Under the pieces are notes generated by a model. It had not been told where the DNA came from and did not search any database. It saw nothing but the letters and a program-made list of their open reading frames with translations. A DNA stretch of 64,000 bases. It comes from a virus. The stretch's first letter is position 1, and each line of letters opens with the position of its first letter. Positions 55,198-64,000 of this stretch are shown in pieces. The stretch is from positions 1-64,000 of IMG/VR virus record IMGVR_UViG_3300005264_000009; one strand, given 5' to 3'. A program made the position numbers and the translations under genes.

Positions 55198-56319
55198 ATG
55201 AAAAAAATTAAAAAAATTAAAAAAATTAAAAAAGCCATAGATGGTATAAAAAAGGTTGTGGATAATAAAAAAAGTGATCCACAACCTATTATTCTATTAC
55301 CATCAGGATCTACAACATTAAATCTGGAATGTTCTGGGTCTATTGATGGTGCATATCAAATTGGAAAAATGACAAATATCATAGGTGACTCATCATCATC
55401 GAAAAGCCAGTTGATGCTCACAATGTTTGCAGAATGTTCCAAATTAGCACAATTTGATGATTATAAATTTATTTATGATGATACAGAAGCTGCTAATGAA
55501 TTTGATATTGCTACCCTTTTTGGTGAAAATGTAAAAAAGCGTATTGAAGCACCAAAAGTTATTGATGAAAATGATGTGTTTAGCAAAACCATTGAAGATT
55601 TTAATGATAATGTTGCTCATGCATTAGAATCAGATGAACCTTTTATTTATGTACTTGATTCTTTTGATGCCTTAACATCAGAAGCCTTTGTAAGTAAGGA
55701 TGAAGATAACAGACAACAAAGGGATAAAGGAAATAAAATAAAAGGTTCTTACGGTGATGGTAAAGCTAAGATTTTTTCTGATTTTTGTAAAAACAGAATA
55801 CAAGATTTAAAAAAGAAACAATCTGCTTTAATTATTATTTCACAAACAAGAGATAATATTGGTTTTGGGGCTATGTTTACACCCAAAACAAGAGCAGGTG
55901 GTAAAGCACTTAAATTTTATGCCTGTCACGAAATTTGGTTAGCAAAACAAAAAACAGAAAAAAAAGGTAAACGTGTTGTTACAACACAAATACAAGCAAA
56001 AATAACAAAAAATAAATTAACAGGTAATCATGGGGAGGCATTTTTTCCTGTATTAAGAGATTATGGTGTTGATGACATTACATCATGTATTAATTTTTTG
56101 ATTGATGAAGGACCTTGGAAAGGTCCTAAAAATAAAATTAATACAAAAGGGTTTGTAGAAGATACTATAAGTCAATTAAAATTGATTGATTTTATCGAAG
56201 ATAATAATAAAGAATTTGAATTAAGGCAGATATGTCAAGATGCGTTTCTTGATGTAATGCATGAATTAAAACCTTTACGAAAACAGAAGTATATTAAGGA
56301 GAATGAAAATGGCAGTTAG
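55198..56319 (+). CDS. RecA/UvsX-like recombinase
   Basis: SGSTTLN, GDSSSSKS, YDDTE, VLDS, ISQTR, GGKALKFYA, KNK. Confidence 0.88.
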   Translation: MKKIKKIKKIKKAIDGIKKVVDNKKSDPQPIILLPSGSTTLNLECSGSIDGAYQIGKMTNIIGDSSSSKSQLMLTMFAECSKLAQFDDYKFIYDDTEAANEFDIATLFGENVKKRIEAPKVIDENDVFSKTIEDFNDNVAHALESDEPFIYVLDSFDALTSEAFVSKDEDNRQQRDKGNKIKGSYGDGKAKIFSDFCKNRIQDLKKKQSALIIISQTRDNIGFGAMFTPKTRAGGKALKFYACHEIWLAKQKTEKKGKRVVTTQIQAKITKNKLTGNHGEAFFPVLRDYGVDDITSCINFLIDEGPWKGPKNKINTKGFVEDTISQLKLIDFIEDNNKEFELRQICQDAFLDVMHELKPLRKQKYIKENENGS

Positions 56320-57073
56320 AAAAAGAAAAGCAGTAAAGAAGACAAAAGATGTAGAAACAGTGGATAATAGAAGTATTGAAAAAACTCCACCTGTTATAGA
56401 AAAAAGCAAACCTGTTGATATTGATTCTGAATATTCCCTTAACAGGTGTGTTTCCGCTTCTATTGGTAAAACAATAAACGTAGGCAATTTTGAGTCTGTC
56501 AAAATAAGTACAGGTTATACTTGTACTATTAAAGATTCGGCTGATATGGATAGTGCTTACCTACACATTTTTGATAAATTAGAAAATTTATTAAGTATCA
56601 AAACAAATCAGATTGAAAAAGAATATGATTTAATTCCTGATAATTTTGTAGCTGATGATGTTACCCCAGAAAAGGTTAATGAAAAGAAAGAAAAACCAAA
56701 AAAGAAAGAAGAAAAACCAAAAAAGAAAGAAGAAAAATCAAAAAAGAAAGAACCTGTAGAAGAAGTGGAATTAACAGAAGTCATGATTAACAAAATGACA
56801 AAATCTGAATTAATAAAAGTAATTCAAGATGAGGAATTGGAAATTGCAACAACATTAAGAATTAATGAAATGCGATTAGCTATCTTGGATGAACTTTTTG
56901 AGGAAGTCATTGATGATTTTGAAGATGATGATGATTTAGATGATGATGATTTAGATGATGATGATTTAGATGATGATGATTTAGATGATGATGATTTAGA
57001 TGATGATGCTTTAGATGATGATGATTTTGATGACGATTTTGATGATGATGATGATGATGAGTGGGATGATTAA
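56309..57073 (+). CDS. Hypothetical protein with very acidic (DDDDL)n tail
   Basis: GKTINVGNFESVKI domain; 15-nt GATGATGATGATTTA tandem repeat ~56924-57060. Confidence 0.8.
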   Translation: MAVRKRKAVKKTKDVETVDNRSIEKTPPVIEKSKPVDIDSEYSLNRCVSASIGKTINVGNFESVKISTGYTCTIKDSADMDSAYLHIFDKLENLLSIKTNQIEKEYDLIPDNFVADDVTPEKVNEKKEKPKKKEEKPKKKEEKSKKKEPVEEVELTEVMINKMTKSELIKVIQDEELEIATTLRINEMRLAILDELFEEVIDDFEDDDDLDDDDLDDDDLDDDDLDDDDLDDDALDDDDFDDDFDDDDDDEWDD

Positions 57074-57091
57074 TATTTAAAATATACACTT

Positions 57092-57140
57092 TACAGGGTA
57101 ACAACATAAAATTTATTTTATGTTGTTACCCTGTATTTTT
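57092..57140 (+). terminator. Long perfect hairpin / terminator
   Basis: TACAGGGTAACAACATAAAA..TTTTATGTTGTTACCCTGTA followed by TTTTT. Confidence 0.75.
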
Positions 57141-57157
57141 ATAAATGGAGTATATAA

Positions 57158-58015
57158 ATGAAAGAACGTATATTATTGATAGATACATCAACATTATTGT
57201 ATGCCGCAAAATTCAGTTTAGGCAAAAGTAAATTAAGTGCCAATAAAATAAAAACAGGTATTATCTTTGGTTTTTTATTAAAATTACAATTAATAACATC
57301 AATAGTAAAACCAACCTTAATAGTTTTTGCTATTGATAGTAAACAATCAAAAAGAAAAGAAATCTATCCTGATTATAAAGGGAATAGAAAAAATGATAAA
57401 ACACCAGAAGAAAAAGCATTTGATGATGAATGTTATAAACAATTTAATATTATTACTTATACTATTCTAAAAGATCTTGGTTATAGAAATTTACTTCATG
57501 TAGGTGGCTTAGAGGCTGATGATATTATTGCATCTATTTGTAAAAAATATATAGATAATGAAATAATAATAGCTTCCACCGATGAGGATATGTACCAATT
57601 ATTAACAGATAATGTTTGTATGTTTAAAACAAGTAAAAACAAGTATTATACAAAATCAGATTTTATTCGTGAATTTGATATTGAACCTAAAATTTGGAAA
57701 CGTATCAAAAGTTGGAGTGGTTGTTCAAGTGATAAAGTTGCTGGTGTAAAAGGTGTGGGTGTAAAAACAGCTATTAAGTATTACAAGAATGAATTAAAAC
57801 CACATTTAAAAACATATATAGCATTAAAAAGTAAAGAGGGTAAAGAAATAATTAATAGGAATAAAAAATTAGTTATATTACCTTTTAAAGGAACGCCTAA
57901 ATTTAATTTAAAACCCAATAGAGTTACACCACATAAAGTATTAAAGGTAGCTAAAGAATATAATATAAAATCAATAGAACGTGATGTTGAAAATTGGTAT
58001 TATAAATTAAGGTAA
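57158..58015 (+). CDS. 5'-3' exonuclease / flap endonuclease (T4 RNase H-like)
   Basis: LLID, RK.IYPDYKGNR, EADD, DEDMYQL, SD...GVKGVG.KTA. Confidence 0.92.
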   Translation: MKERILLIDTSTLLYAAKFSLGKSKLSANKIKTGIIFGFLLKLQLITSIVKPTLIVFAIDSKQSKRKEIYPDYKGNRKNDKTPEEKAFDDECYKQFNIITYTILKDLGYRNLLHVGGLEADDIIASICKKYIDNEIIIASTDEDMYQLLTDNVCMFKTSKNKYYTKSDFIREFDIEPKIWKRIKSWSGCSSDKVAGVKGVGVKTAIKYYKNELKPHLKTYIALKSKEGKEIINRNKKLVILPFKGTPKFNLKPNRVTPHKVLKVAKEYNIKSIERDVENWYYKLR

Positions 58016-58018
58016 ATA

Positions 58019-58501
58019 ATGAATAAACAATTAAGAAAAAAGGATGTACCTAAACTAAGGGAAAAGATATTAAAAAAACAAGGTGGTGTTTGCTGGATTT
58101 GTAAAAGAATACCTAAAATAGCTTGTTTGGACCACCACCACAGTAAAAAAGTAAAAGGAAGTGGCAAAATAAGAGGTGTTTTATGCTCCTCATGCAATAT
58201 ATTTATAGCTAAAAGTGAGAATAATTGTGTAAGGTATGGTATAAAACAAGATACCCTGCCTTATATACTAAGGAGAGTGGCTGATTACTTGGAAAAGAAA
58301 CAATATCCTTATATACACCCTTCCGAAGCACCAAAACCCTTAAAATTGCAACGTAATAGCTTTAATAAGCTAAAAAAGGCTTTTATTAAAAAGTATCCTA
58401 AAAGAAAAATCCCTGAATACCCTAAATCAGGTAAACTTATTAAATCTTTAGAAAAACTATATAAAGAATTTAATATAGAACCTAAATATCTAAAAAAATA
58501 A
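58019..58501 (+). CDS. Recombination endonuclease VII (Holliday junction resolvase)
   Basis: Q.G.CWIC, LDH.H, G.IRGVLC..CN. Confidence 0.88.
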   Translation: MNKQLRKKDVPKLREKILKKQGGVCWICKRIPKIACLDHHHSKKVKGSGKIRGVLCSSCNIFIAKSENNCVRYGIKQDTLPYILRRVADYLEKKQYPYIHPSEAPKPLKLQRNSFNKLKKAFIKKYPKRKIPEYPKSGKLIKSLEKLYKEFNIEPKYLKK

Positions 58502-58513
58502 AAAGAGAAAAAA

Positions 58514-58729
58514 GTGAAAACACATGAATTAGCACATTTATTATTAAAAATGCCTGATAGTAGAATAACAGTAAGTACCGATATAAGCACTTGTGATGAT
58601 GACTATGATAATAGAGCTTTTGGGGATACTTTGTATGATTACATCTATACGGATAAACATATAACACTTATCTTTATTGATGGTTCACTAAATTTTAATT
58701 ATAAAACACTTAGTGGTAATATTAAATAA
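58514..58729 (+). CDS. Hypothetical protein
   Basis: MKTHELA..LL.MPD start. Confidence 0.6.
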   Translation: MKTHELAHLLLKMPDSRITVSTDISTCDDDYDNRAFGDTLYDYIYTDKHITLIFIDGSLNFNYKTLSGNIK

Positions 58730-58817
58730 AAAATCAGTATCTTATTAAAAACTTCTTGACTTCTTAATAAAAACCTGTTAAGACTATAAACAATCAAACA
58801 ATCATAAAAGGAAAAAC

Positions 58818-59255
58818 ATGAATAAAAAATGGGATCTTAGGTTTATGAAATTGGCAAAGGAAGTATCCACTTGGAGTAAAGATATAAGTACCAAGTGTGG
58901 ATCAGTTATTGTGAATAATGACAAAAGAATTATTAGTACTGGTTTTAATGGTTATCCAAAAGGAGTTGACGATGATAATTATATGGATAGAGATTTAAAA
59001 TTAGCTCAAATAATTCATGGAGAGCTAAACGCAATTTTATTTGCAAAAAGATGTTTAAATGATTGCACAATATATGTTTACCCAATGCCACCTTGTTCTC
59101 AATGTATGGGTGCTATAATACAATCAGGTATAACAAGGGTTGTAACTAAAAAAATGACACCAGAACAAGAAGAAAGGTGGGGTTCTTCTATGGAAATTTC
59201 ATATCGAATGGCTAATAATGTTGGTCTAAGAATAGTAACTTTAAAAGAAATATAG
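58818..59255 (+). CDS. dCMP deaminase
   Basis: WSKD.ST, TGFNG, HGELNAI, PCSQC. Confidence 0.92.
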   Translation: MNKKWDLRFMKLAKEVSTWSKDISTKCGSVIVNNDKRIISTGFNGYPKGVDDDNYMDRDLKLAQIIHGELNAILFAKRCLNDCTIYVYPMPPCSQCMGAIIQSGITRVVTKKMTPEQEERWGSSMEISYRMANNVGLRIVTLKEI

Positions 59256-59263
59256 GTTAATTT

Positions 59264-59707
59264 ATGAAATTAACATTTAATGAATATAAAGATTTTGAAT
59301 ATTGTAAGTATATTAAGTGTCAAAAAACACAATGTAAAGAGTGTGATGCTTATAAATACCATGATTATTTAATAAAAAAGAATTTTAAAATCATACAAAA
59401 CAATTTGAACATATCACCAGAATATCAGTATGACCATCTTTTACGCCTTGATTCTAATTATGTTTTAAAAGGAAATACTTGTTGGAGTATAAAACAGGGT
59501 ATGGATATAGGTCCTATGCCTTACTATATAACTGAAATTATAAGTGTTATAGAATTACCTAACCAATTAATTGTATTTGCTAAAGTAGAGGAAAAAGAAG
59601 CATCTTTTGTTTGTATGCTTAATACTAAGATTTGGACAGTTTACGAGGATACAACCAACAAAAAAGATAATTTTATAAAAAAGATTAAAAAGTTCTTGAC
59701 TTTTTAA
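59264..59707 (+). CDS. Hypothetical protein sharing a Cys/His N-terminal domain with 61140
   Basis: EYK...YCK.I.C....CK.C.AY..H.YL...NF.II. Confidence 0.75.
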   Translation: MKLTFNEYKDFEYCKYIKCQKTQCKECDAYKYHDYLIKKNFKIIQNNLNISPEYQYDHLLRLDSNYVLKGNTCWSIKQGMDIGPMPYYITEIISVIELPNQLIVFAKVEEKEASFVCMLNTKIWTVYEDTTNKKDNFIKKIKKFLTF

Positions 59708-59856
59708 TAGAAACGTGTTAAGACTACAACTAAACTTAACAATTAAACAAAGGGGTGGATTATGAATTTTAAAGTATTTAGTAATGTAGTAAGGCATAGT
59801 AGATTTGGAATTTTAATAGTTTTTTTATTAGGTGATTTTGAATAAAGGAGATTATA

Positions 59857-60963
59857 GTGAGAAAATTAGCTACAATACAAAGAATAAAAAATTTAACACC
59901 AATCAAAAAAGCTGATAGGATAGAATTAGCCTACATATTAGGTTGGGAGTGTGTAGTAAAAAAAGGGGAGTTCAAAATTAATGATTATTGTGTTTATTTT
60001 GAGGTTGACTCCATTTTGCCAGAGAAAGAAGTCTTTGAATTTATGCGTCCAAGAAAATTCAAGGTGAAAACAGCTAAATTTAGAAAACAAATATCACAAG
60101 GGTTAGCTTTACCTATTTCTATATTAGATAAAAATATTGTTATTAAAGAGGGGATGGATCTAACAACAATATTAAATATCACTAAATACGATCCTGAAAA
60201 AATCAAAGAGTGTAAAAGAAGTAAGAGTAAAAATATATTTGTTAATTATATGATGAAGTATAAAATTTTTAGAAAATGTTACTTATTTATTTTTCCTAAA
60301 TTAAAAGGTTGTTTTCCTGATTTTATACCTAAAACAGATGAAGAACGATTGCAAAACATACCAAATATAATAGAAAAAAATAATGGTGAAAACTTTTATT
60401 GTATGGAAAAATTAGATGGTCAAAGTTTAACTGTTTTTTATAATAATAAATTAAATAAATGGTATAAACCTTGGATAAATAATGCTTTTGGTGTTTGTTC
60501 AAGAAATATTTGGAGGAAAAGAAAAGATATGTCTAATTGGTGGTTTGTTGTAAAAAACTTAGATATTGAAAGGAAGTTGAAAAAATACTGTAAACAAACA
60601 AAAACTAACTTAGCTATCCAAGGTGAAATTATAGGACCTAATATACAAAATAATAGATATAATATAAAACAAAAGCAATTACATATTTTTTCTATTTTTA
60701 ATATAGACACACAAAAATACTTAAACTTCCATGATAAATCACATGTAATACATCAGTTAGGTTTAACAGAAGTTCCTTTTTATAATATAATTCAATTTAA
60801 TACGTCAATACACACAGTAAAATGGTTTACAGAGCGAACTAATAAAAAGAGTAAGATTAATAACGAAGTCTTAATGGAAGGACTTGTCTATAGATCTATT
60901 AAAAATGACGATATAAGTTTTAAAGTAATTAACCCTAATTTTTTATTAAAGTACAATTTGTAA
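59857..60963 (+). CDS. RNA ligase (Rnl2 / DRB0094 family)
   Basis: RKLATIQ, ADRIE, SQGL, KTDEER, EKLDG, QGE..G..IQ.N, EGLV, SFK. Confidence 0.92.
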   Translation: MRKLATIQRIKNLTPIKKADRIELAYILGWECVVKKGEFKINDYCVYFEVDSILPEKEVFEFMRPRKFKVKTAKFRKQISQGLALPISILDKNIVIKEGMDLTTILNITKYDPEKIKECKRSKSKNIFVNYMMKYKIFRKCYLFIFPKLKGCFPDFIPKTDEERLQNIPNIIEKNNGENFYCMEKLDGQSLTVFYNNKLNKWYKPWINNAFGVCSRNIWRKRKDMSNWWFVVKNLDIERKLKKYCKQTKTNLAIQGEIIGPNIQNNRYNIKQKQLHIFSIFNIDTQKYLNFHDKSHVIHQLGLTEVPFYNIIQFNTSIHTVKWFTERTNKKSKINNEVLMEGLVYRSIKNDDISFKVINPNFLLKYNL

Positions 60964-61139
60964 AGGAGATAAATGAAACCAATATGTAACATATGTAAAA
61001 AACAAGTTGAATTTGATTTTACGTTAATGTGTTTTACTTGCTATAATAAGACTTGTAATAATTACCATAAAAATTTATATAGTTTAAAATCAAATAATAA
61101 AATATATGCTGATAAAACAGCATTTAAAAGGACTAAATA

Positions 61140-61877
61140 ATGGAAATTAATTATATTGAATATAAAAATAAGGCTTATTGCAAATCTATTGGTTGTGATA
61201 AATTTTACTGTAAAGATTGTGGTGCTTATAGATTTCACGAGTATTTACAGGAAAACAATTTTTTAATAATTAAAAAAGATTCTGAAATTATTACAAGAAA
61301 TAATTATGATTTAATGTTCAGGAAAAAAGTAAAACATGATTTTATTAATTATATTTTTGTTAATAAAAAAACAAAAAAGGTACTGGCTCAACCCCCTTTT
61401 AAAACCACAAAATATGTGTCAATAATAGAAAAGGATAATGAAGTTTTAATTACAGATTATATAAAAGATAAAGAAGTAAAAATGGTTTATATAATTGATA
61501 AAGATGAATGGCATTTGATAAGTACACAAAATGTTATTAAACCATCTTTTAAAAATTTAATAGCAAAACAAATAAGTAATGTAGCAAAAAACAGAAAAGA
61601 TATTTTATCTGCTTTAGATGATTATTTTAAGGGATACAGTGATAAACAAATAGTAAGTGATAATACTACTATTTATAATATACCAGTGTTTAATATAAAA
61701 GTGTATGTTAATGTACTTGATACACACATTACTTTTTCTCTTATGGGACAAATGAAAAAGATAAATACTGTATATAGTTTTGTAAATGAACAAGATATAC
61801 CTTGTATTATGAAAGATTTAGATACTAAAATATACAATGTTTTAATTGAAGGTGATTTAAATGATCAAAATATTTAA
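61140..61877 (+). CDS. Mosaic hypothetical protein (59264-like N-terminus, 20701-like C-terminus)
   Basis: Shared motifs with both families. Confidence 0.75.
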   Translation: MEINYIEYKNKAYCKSIGCDKFYCKDCGAYRFHEYLQENNFLIIKKDSEIITRNNYDLMFRKKVKHDFINYIFVNKKTKKVLAQPPFKTTKYVSIIEKDNEVLITDYIKDKEVKMVYIIDKDEWHLISTQNVIKPSFKNLIAKQISNVAKNRKDILSALDDYFKGYSDKQIVSDNTTIYNIPVFNIKVYVNVLDTHITFSLMGQMKKINTVYSFVNEQDIPCIMKDLDTKIYNVLIEGDLNDQNI

Positions 61878-61962
61878 GGGTGATTGTTTAACTGTAATGG
61901 ATCAATTAATATTGGATGGTGTTAAGGTGGATGCAGTAATAACAGATCCACCTTTACAATAA
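61861..61962 (+). pseudogene. Beta-class MTase N-terminus ending at DPP
   Basis: MIKIFKGDCLTVMDQLILDGVKVDAVITDPP-LQ*, close to the 32310 N-terminus; AAGGTG RBS. Confidence 0.75.
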
Positions 61963-61977
61963 GGGGTACAATTAAAT

Positions 61978-62595
61978 ATGAAAAATAAAATAATTAAAGA
62001 GTATATTGCAGGAGTTACCTCTTTAAGAGAGGTTGCTATTATCTGTGGGACTGACCATCACAATGTGAAGAGAACATTAATTAAAGCAAATATAACGATA
62101 GTAAGAGCCAAGACAAAAGCACATACAAAAGCACATTGTAAAGCTATATCTAAGGCATGCAAAGGTAGAAAATGTTGGGTTAAGGGTAAAAAAATGCCAA
62201 AAGCATCACTTTACAAGAACATGTCTGCACACTTAAAGTGGGACGTTACATCAGAATGGTTGGCGAAGTTTGATGACATCGAAAAACTTAAATTTATAAA
62301 CAGGGCTATAACAAACAGGGATGGTAGGTATCCGTTTACAACAGATGAGTATAAAGAATACATAAATAAGTTTTATAATGATCTGAAATTCAACACACTT
62401 TACAAGAAGTGGTTGGGGACTAACAATAAATATTTGAAACCATCATTAGATCATATAATTCCAAAGTCAAAAGGTGGTACTAATAACTTAGATAATTTAC
62501 AGTTTCTAAGTTGGTTTGAAAATAGATGTAAAAGTGATATGTCTCAAAAGGAATGGGATTTACTTAAGAATAATATAAGCGATTATTTAATGTGA
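61978..62595 (+). CDS. HNH homing endonuclease with NUMOD3-like motif
   Basis: HTKAHCKAISKACKG; SLDHIIPKSKGG.N.L.NLQ....EN..K. Confidence 0.88.
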   Translation: MKNKIIKEYIAGVTSLREVAIICGTDHHNVKRTLIKANITIVRAKTKAHTKAHCKAISKACKGRKCWVKGKKMPKASLYKNMSAHLKWDVTSEWLAKFDDIEKLKFINRAITNRDGRYPFTTDEYKEYINKFYNDLKFNTLYKKWLGTNNKYLKPSLDHIIPKSKGGTNNLDNLQFLSWFENRCKSDMSQKEWDLLKNNISDYLM

Positions 62596-62723
62596 AGATT
62601 AAATAATATATCAGGTAATTCACTTTTTTATTAAAAACTTCTTGACTTCCTAATAAAAACGTGTTAAGACTTTAATCAAGATAACAAAGGTATTTTTAAT
62701 TACTACTTTATAAAGGAGCTATT

Positions 62724-63071
62724 ATGGGTAGAGAGTTAAAACGTGTAAGCAAAGATTTTACGTGGGAATTAAATAAGATTTGGAAGGGTTATATAAATTC
62801 TGCTACATTAGAAGAACCACCTGCTGGTAAATACTATCAATTATGGGAAACAGTATCAGAAGGAAGCCCTGTATCACCAGCATTTAAAACAAAATTTGAA
62901 TTAGCAAAATATTTAGCTAAAGTTAAACACTTAAATATATCTGATTATAATACTTGGTTACATTTTTTAAATAATTATACTTGGAGTGTTTCCAGTGTAG
63001 GTACAAATGGAAAACTTATGAGTGGTGTTGAATATTTATATTATAAAGATAAAGATAAAGGAAAAATTTAA
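62724..63071 (+). CDS. Conserved-looking hypothetical phage protein
   Basis: MGRELKRV, YQLWETVSEGSP.SP.F. Confidence 0.75.
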   Translation: MGRELKRVSKDFTWELNKIWKGYINSATLEEPPAGKYYQLWETVSEGSPVSPAFKTKFELAKYLAKVKHLNISDYNTWLHFLNNYTWSVSSVGTNGKLMSGVEYLYYKDKDKGKI

Positions 63072-64000
63072 ATGGAAACATTAAAAACGGTATATGAACA
63101 ATTAGAAATAATTAAAAAAACAAGTAGTAAAATTAAAAAAGAAGAACTTATTAAAAAATATGCTAAAGATGATACTTTTAAAACTGTTTTAGTATTTGCA
63201 TACAATCCTTACATGCAATATAAAATTAAAAAAATACCAAAAGAAAAAGTAATATCCGAATTTTCTATAAATAATATTTTTACCTTTTTAACTACTCTTT
63301 CAAATAAAAAAGGTGCTACCAATGAAGATTATTACAAATTAGGAAGCCTTTGCAATATTGATGATGAAACATACAATGTAATTCATCGTGTGGTAAACAA
63401 AGATTTGAAGTGTGGTTTTTCAGCAAAAACAATTAATAAGGCTATTCCTTATTGTATTCCTGTCGTGCCTTATATGCGTTGTAGTAACGAAAAGAAATTA
63501 AAACATATTGATTATCCTGCTATTGTACAAGAAAAAGCAGATGGGGTTTTTGTAAATGTAATAATTGACAATAATAATGGAAATGGTATTAAAGTTGTTA
63601 CCAGAAATGGTAAAGAAGTTCATCAATTAAATCATTTAAAACACTTATTTAATACAGAATTAGATGGCGTTTTTATGGGTGAATTAGTTGTTATAGAAAA
63701 TAATATACTAATACTTAGTAGAAAAAAGGGTAATGGCATTATTAATTCATGTTTACATGGTACATGTTCACCAGTTGATTCTGCTAAAATACGCATACTT
63801 GTATGGGATGTTATACCACTTATAAATTTTTATGATGGTATTCCTTGTAATATACCATATATTGAAAGATTTAATCAATGTAGAAATACTGTTAAAAAAA
63901 TCAAACATAGATTTATCAAAACAATAAAAACAAAAAAAGTAAATAATATTGATGAAGCAAGAGAGTTTTATACTTTAATGCGTTCAGAGGGTAAAGAAGG
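63072..64000 (+). CDS. ATP-dependent DNA ligase (truncated by the window end)
   Basis: Open frame from ATG 63072: AYNP, KDLKCG, QEKADG, TRNG, GEL, VWD, R, ending GKEG. Confidence 0.85.
   Translation, partial: METLKTVYEQLEIIKKTSSKIKKEELIKKYAKDDTFKTVLVFAYNPYMQYKIKKIPKEKVISEFSINNIFTFLTTLSNKKGATNEDYYKLGSLCNIDDETYNVIHRVVNKDLKCGFSAKTINKAIPYCIPVVPYMRCSNEKKLKHIDYPAIVQEKADGVFVNVIIDNNNGNGIKVVTRNGKEVHQLNHLKHLFNTELDGVFMGELVVIENNILILSRKKGNGIINSCLHGTCSPVDSAKIRILVWDVIPLINFYDGIPCNIPYIERFNQCRNTVKKIKHRFIKTIKTKKVNNIDEAREFYTLMRSEGKE

Noticed and set aside
56907-57107. Minus-strand poly-His ORF
   Set aside because: Antisense shadow of the GAT repeat in the poly-Asp gene.
98-60710. Numerous short minus-strand ORFs in the track
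   Set aside because: They overlap well-supported + strand genes or repeats, lack RBS and motifs, and have the F/L/I-rich composition expected of antisense A-rich DNA.
61950-62640. Group I or group II intron
   Set aside because: No room for a catalytic core, no recognisable P7 or domain V, and no downstream exon.

Overview
AT-rich segment of a large dsDNA phage genome in genetic code 11, with essentially all credible genes on the + strand. Bases 1-18,000 form an early/accessory region. It starts with a pentamer tandem repeat, followed by about ten small ORFs interleaved with recurring covarying hairpin repeats (1.5-5.4 kb). It also holds four hexapeptide-repeat paralogues, an ART-like protein, ArdC, an AcrIII-1/DUF1874 homologue with His->Tyr at the catalytic position, and duplicated sigma70-type promoters. 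Bases 18,000-64,000 form a replication and nucleotide-metabolism module: SF2 helicase, ThyX, primase, a wHTH cluster with an iteron-bearing initiator candidate, DnaB with an intein plus a degenerate paralogue, sliding clamp, UDG-fused PolA, clamp loader with an intein, UvsY-like protein, SSB, RecA-like protein, 5'-3' exonuclease, Endo VII, dCMP deaminase, Rnl2 RNA ligase, HNH and DNA ligase, plus at least six DNA methyltransferases. Four signals stand out: (i) the structured-repeat gene-cassette array; (ii) beta-class MTase genes interrupted at the DPP(Y) codons, once by a 9-nt stop-containing insert (candidate ribosomal hop) and once by an HNH gene; (iii) two C4-like three-way-junction leader RNAs with cis targets at or near ribosome-binding sites; (iv) the AcrIII-1 variant. 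All family calls come from motif recognition by eye; no searches were run.
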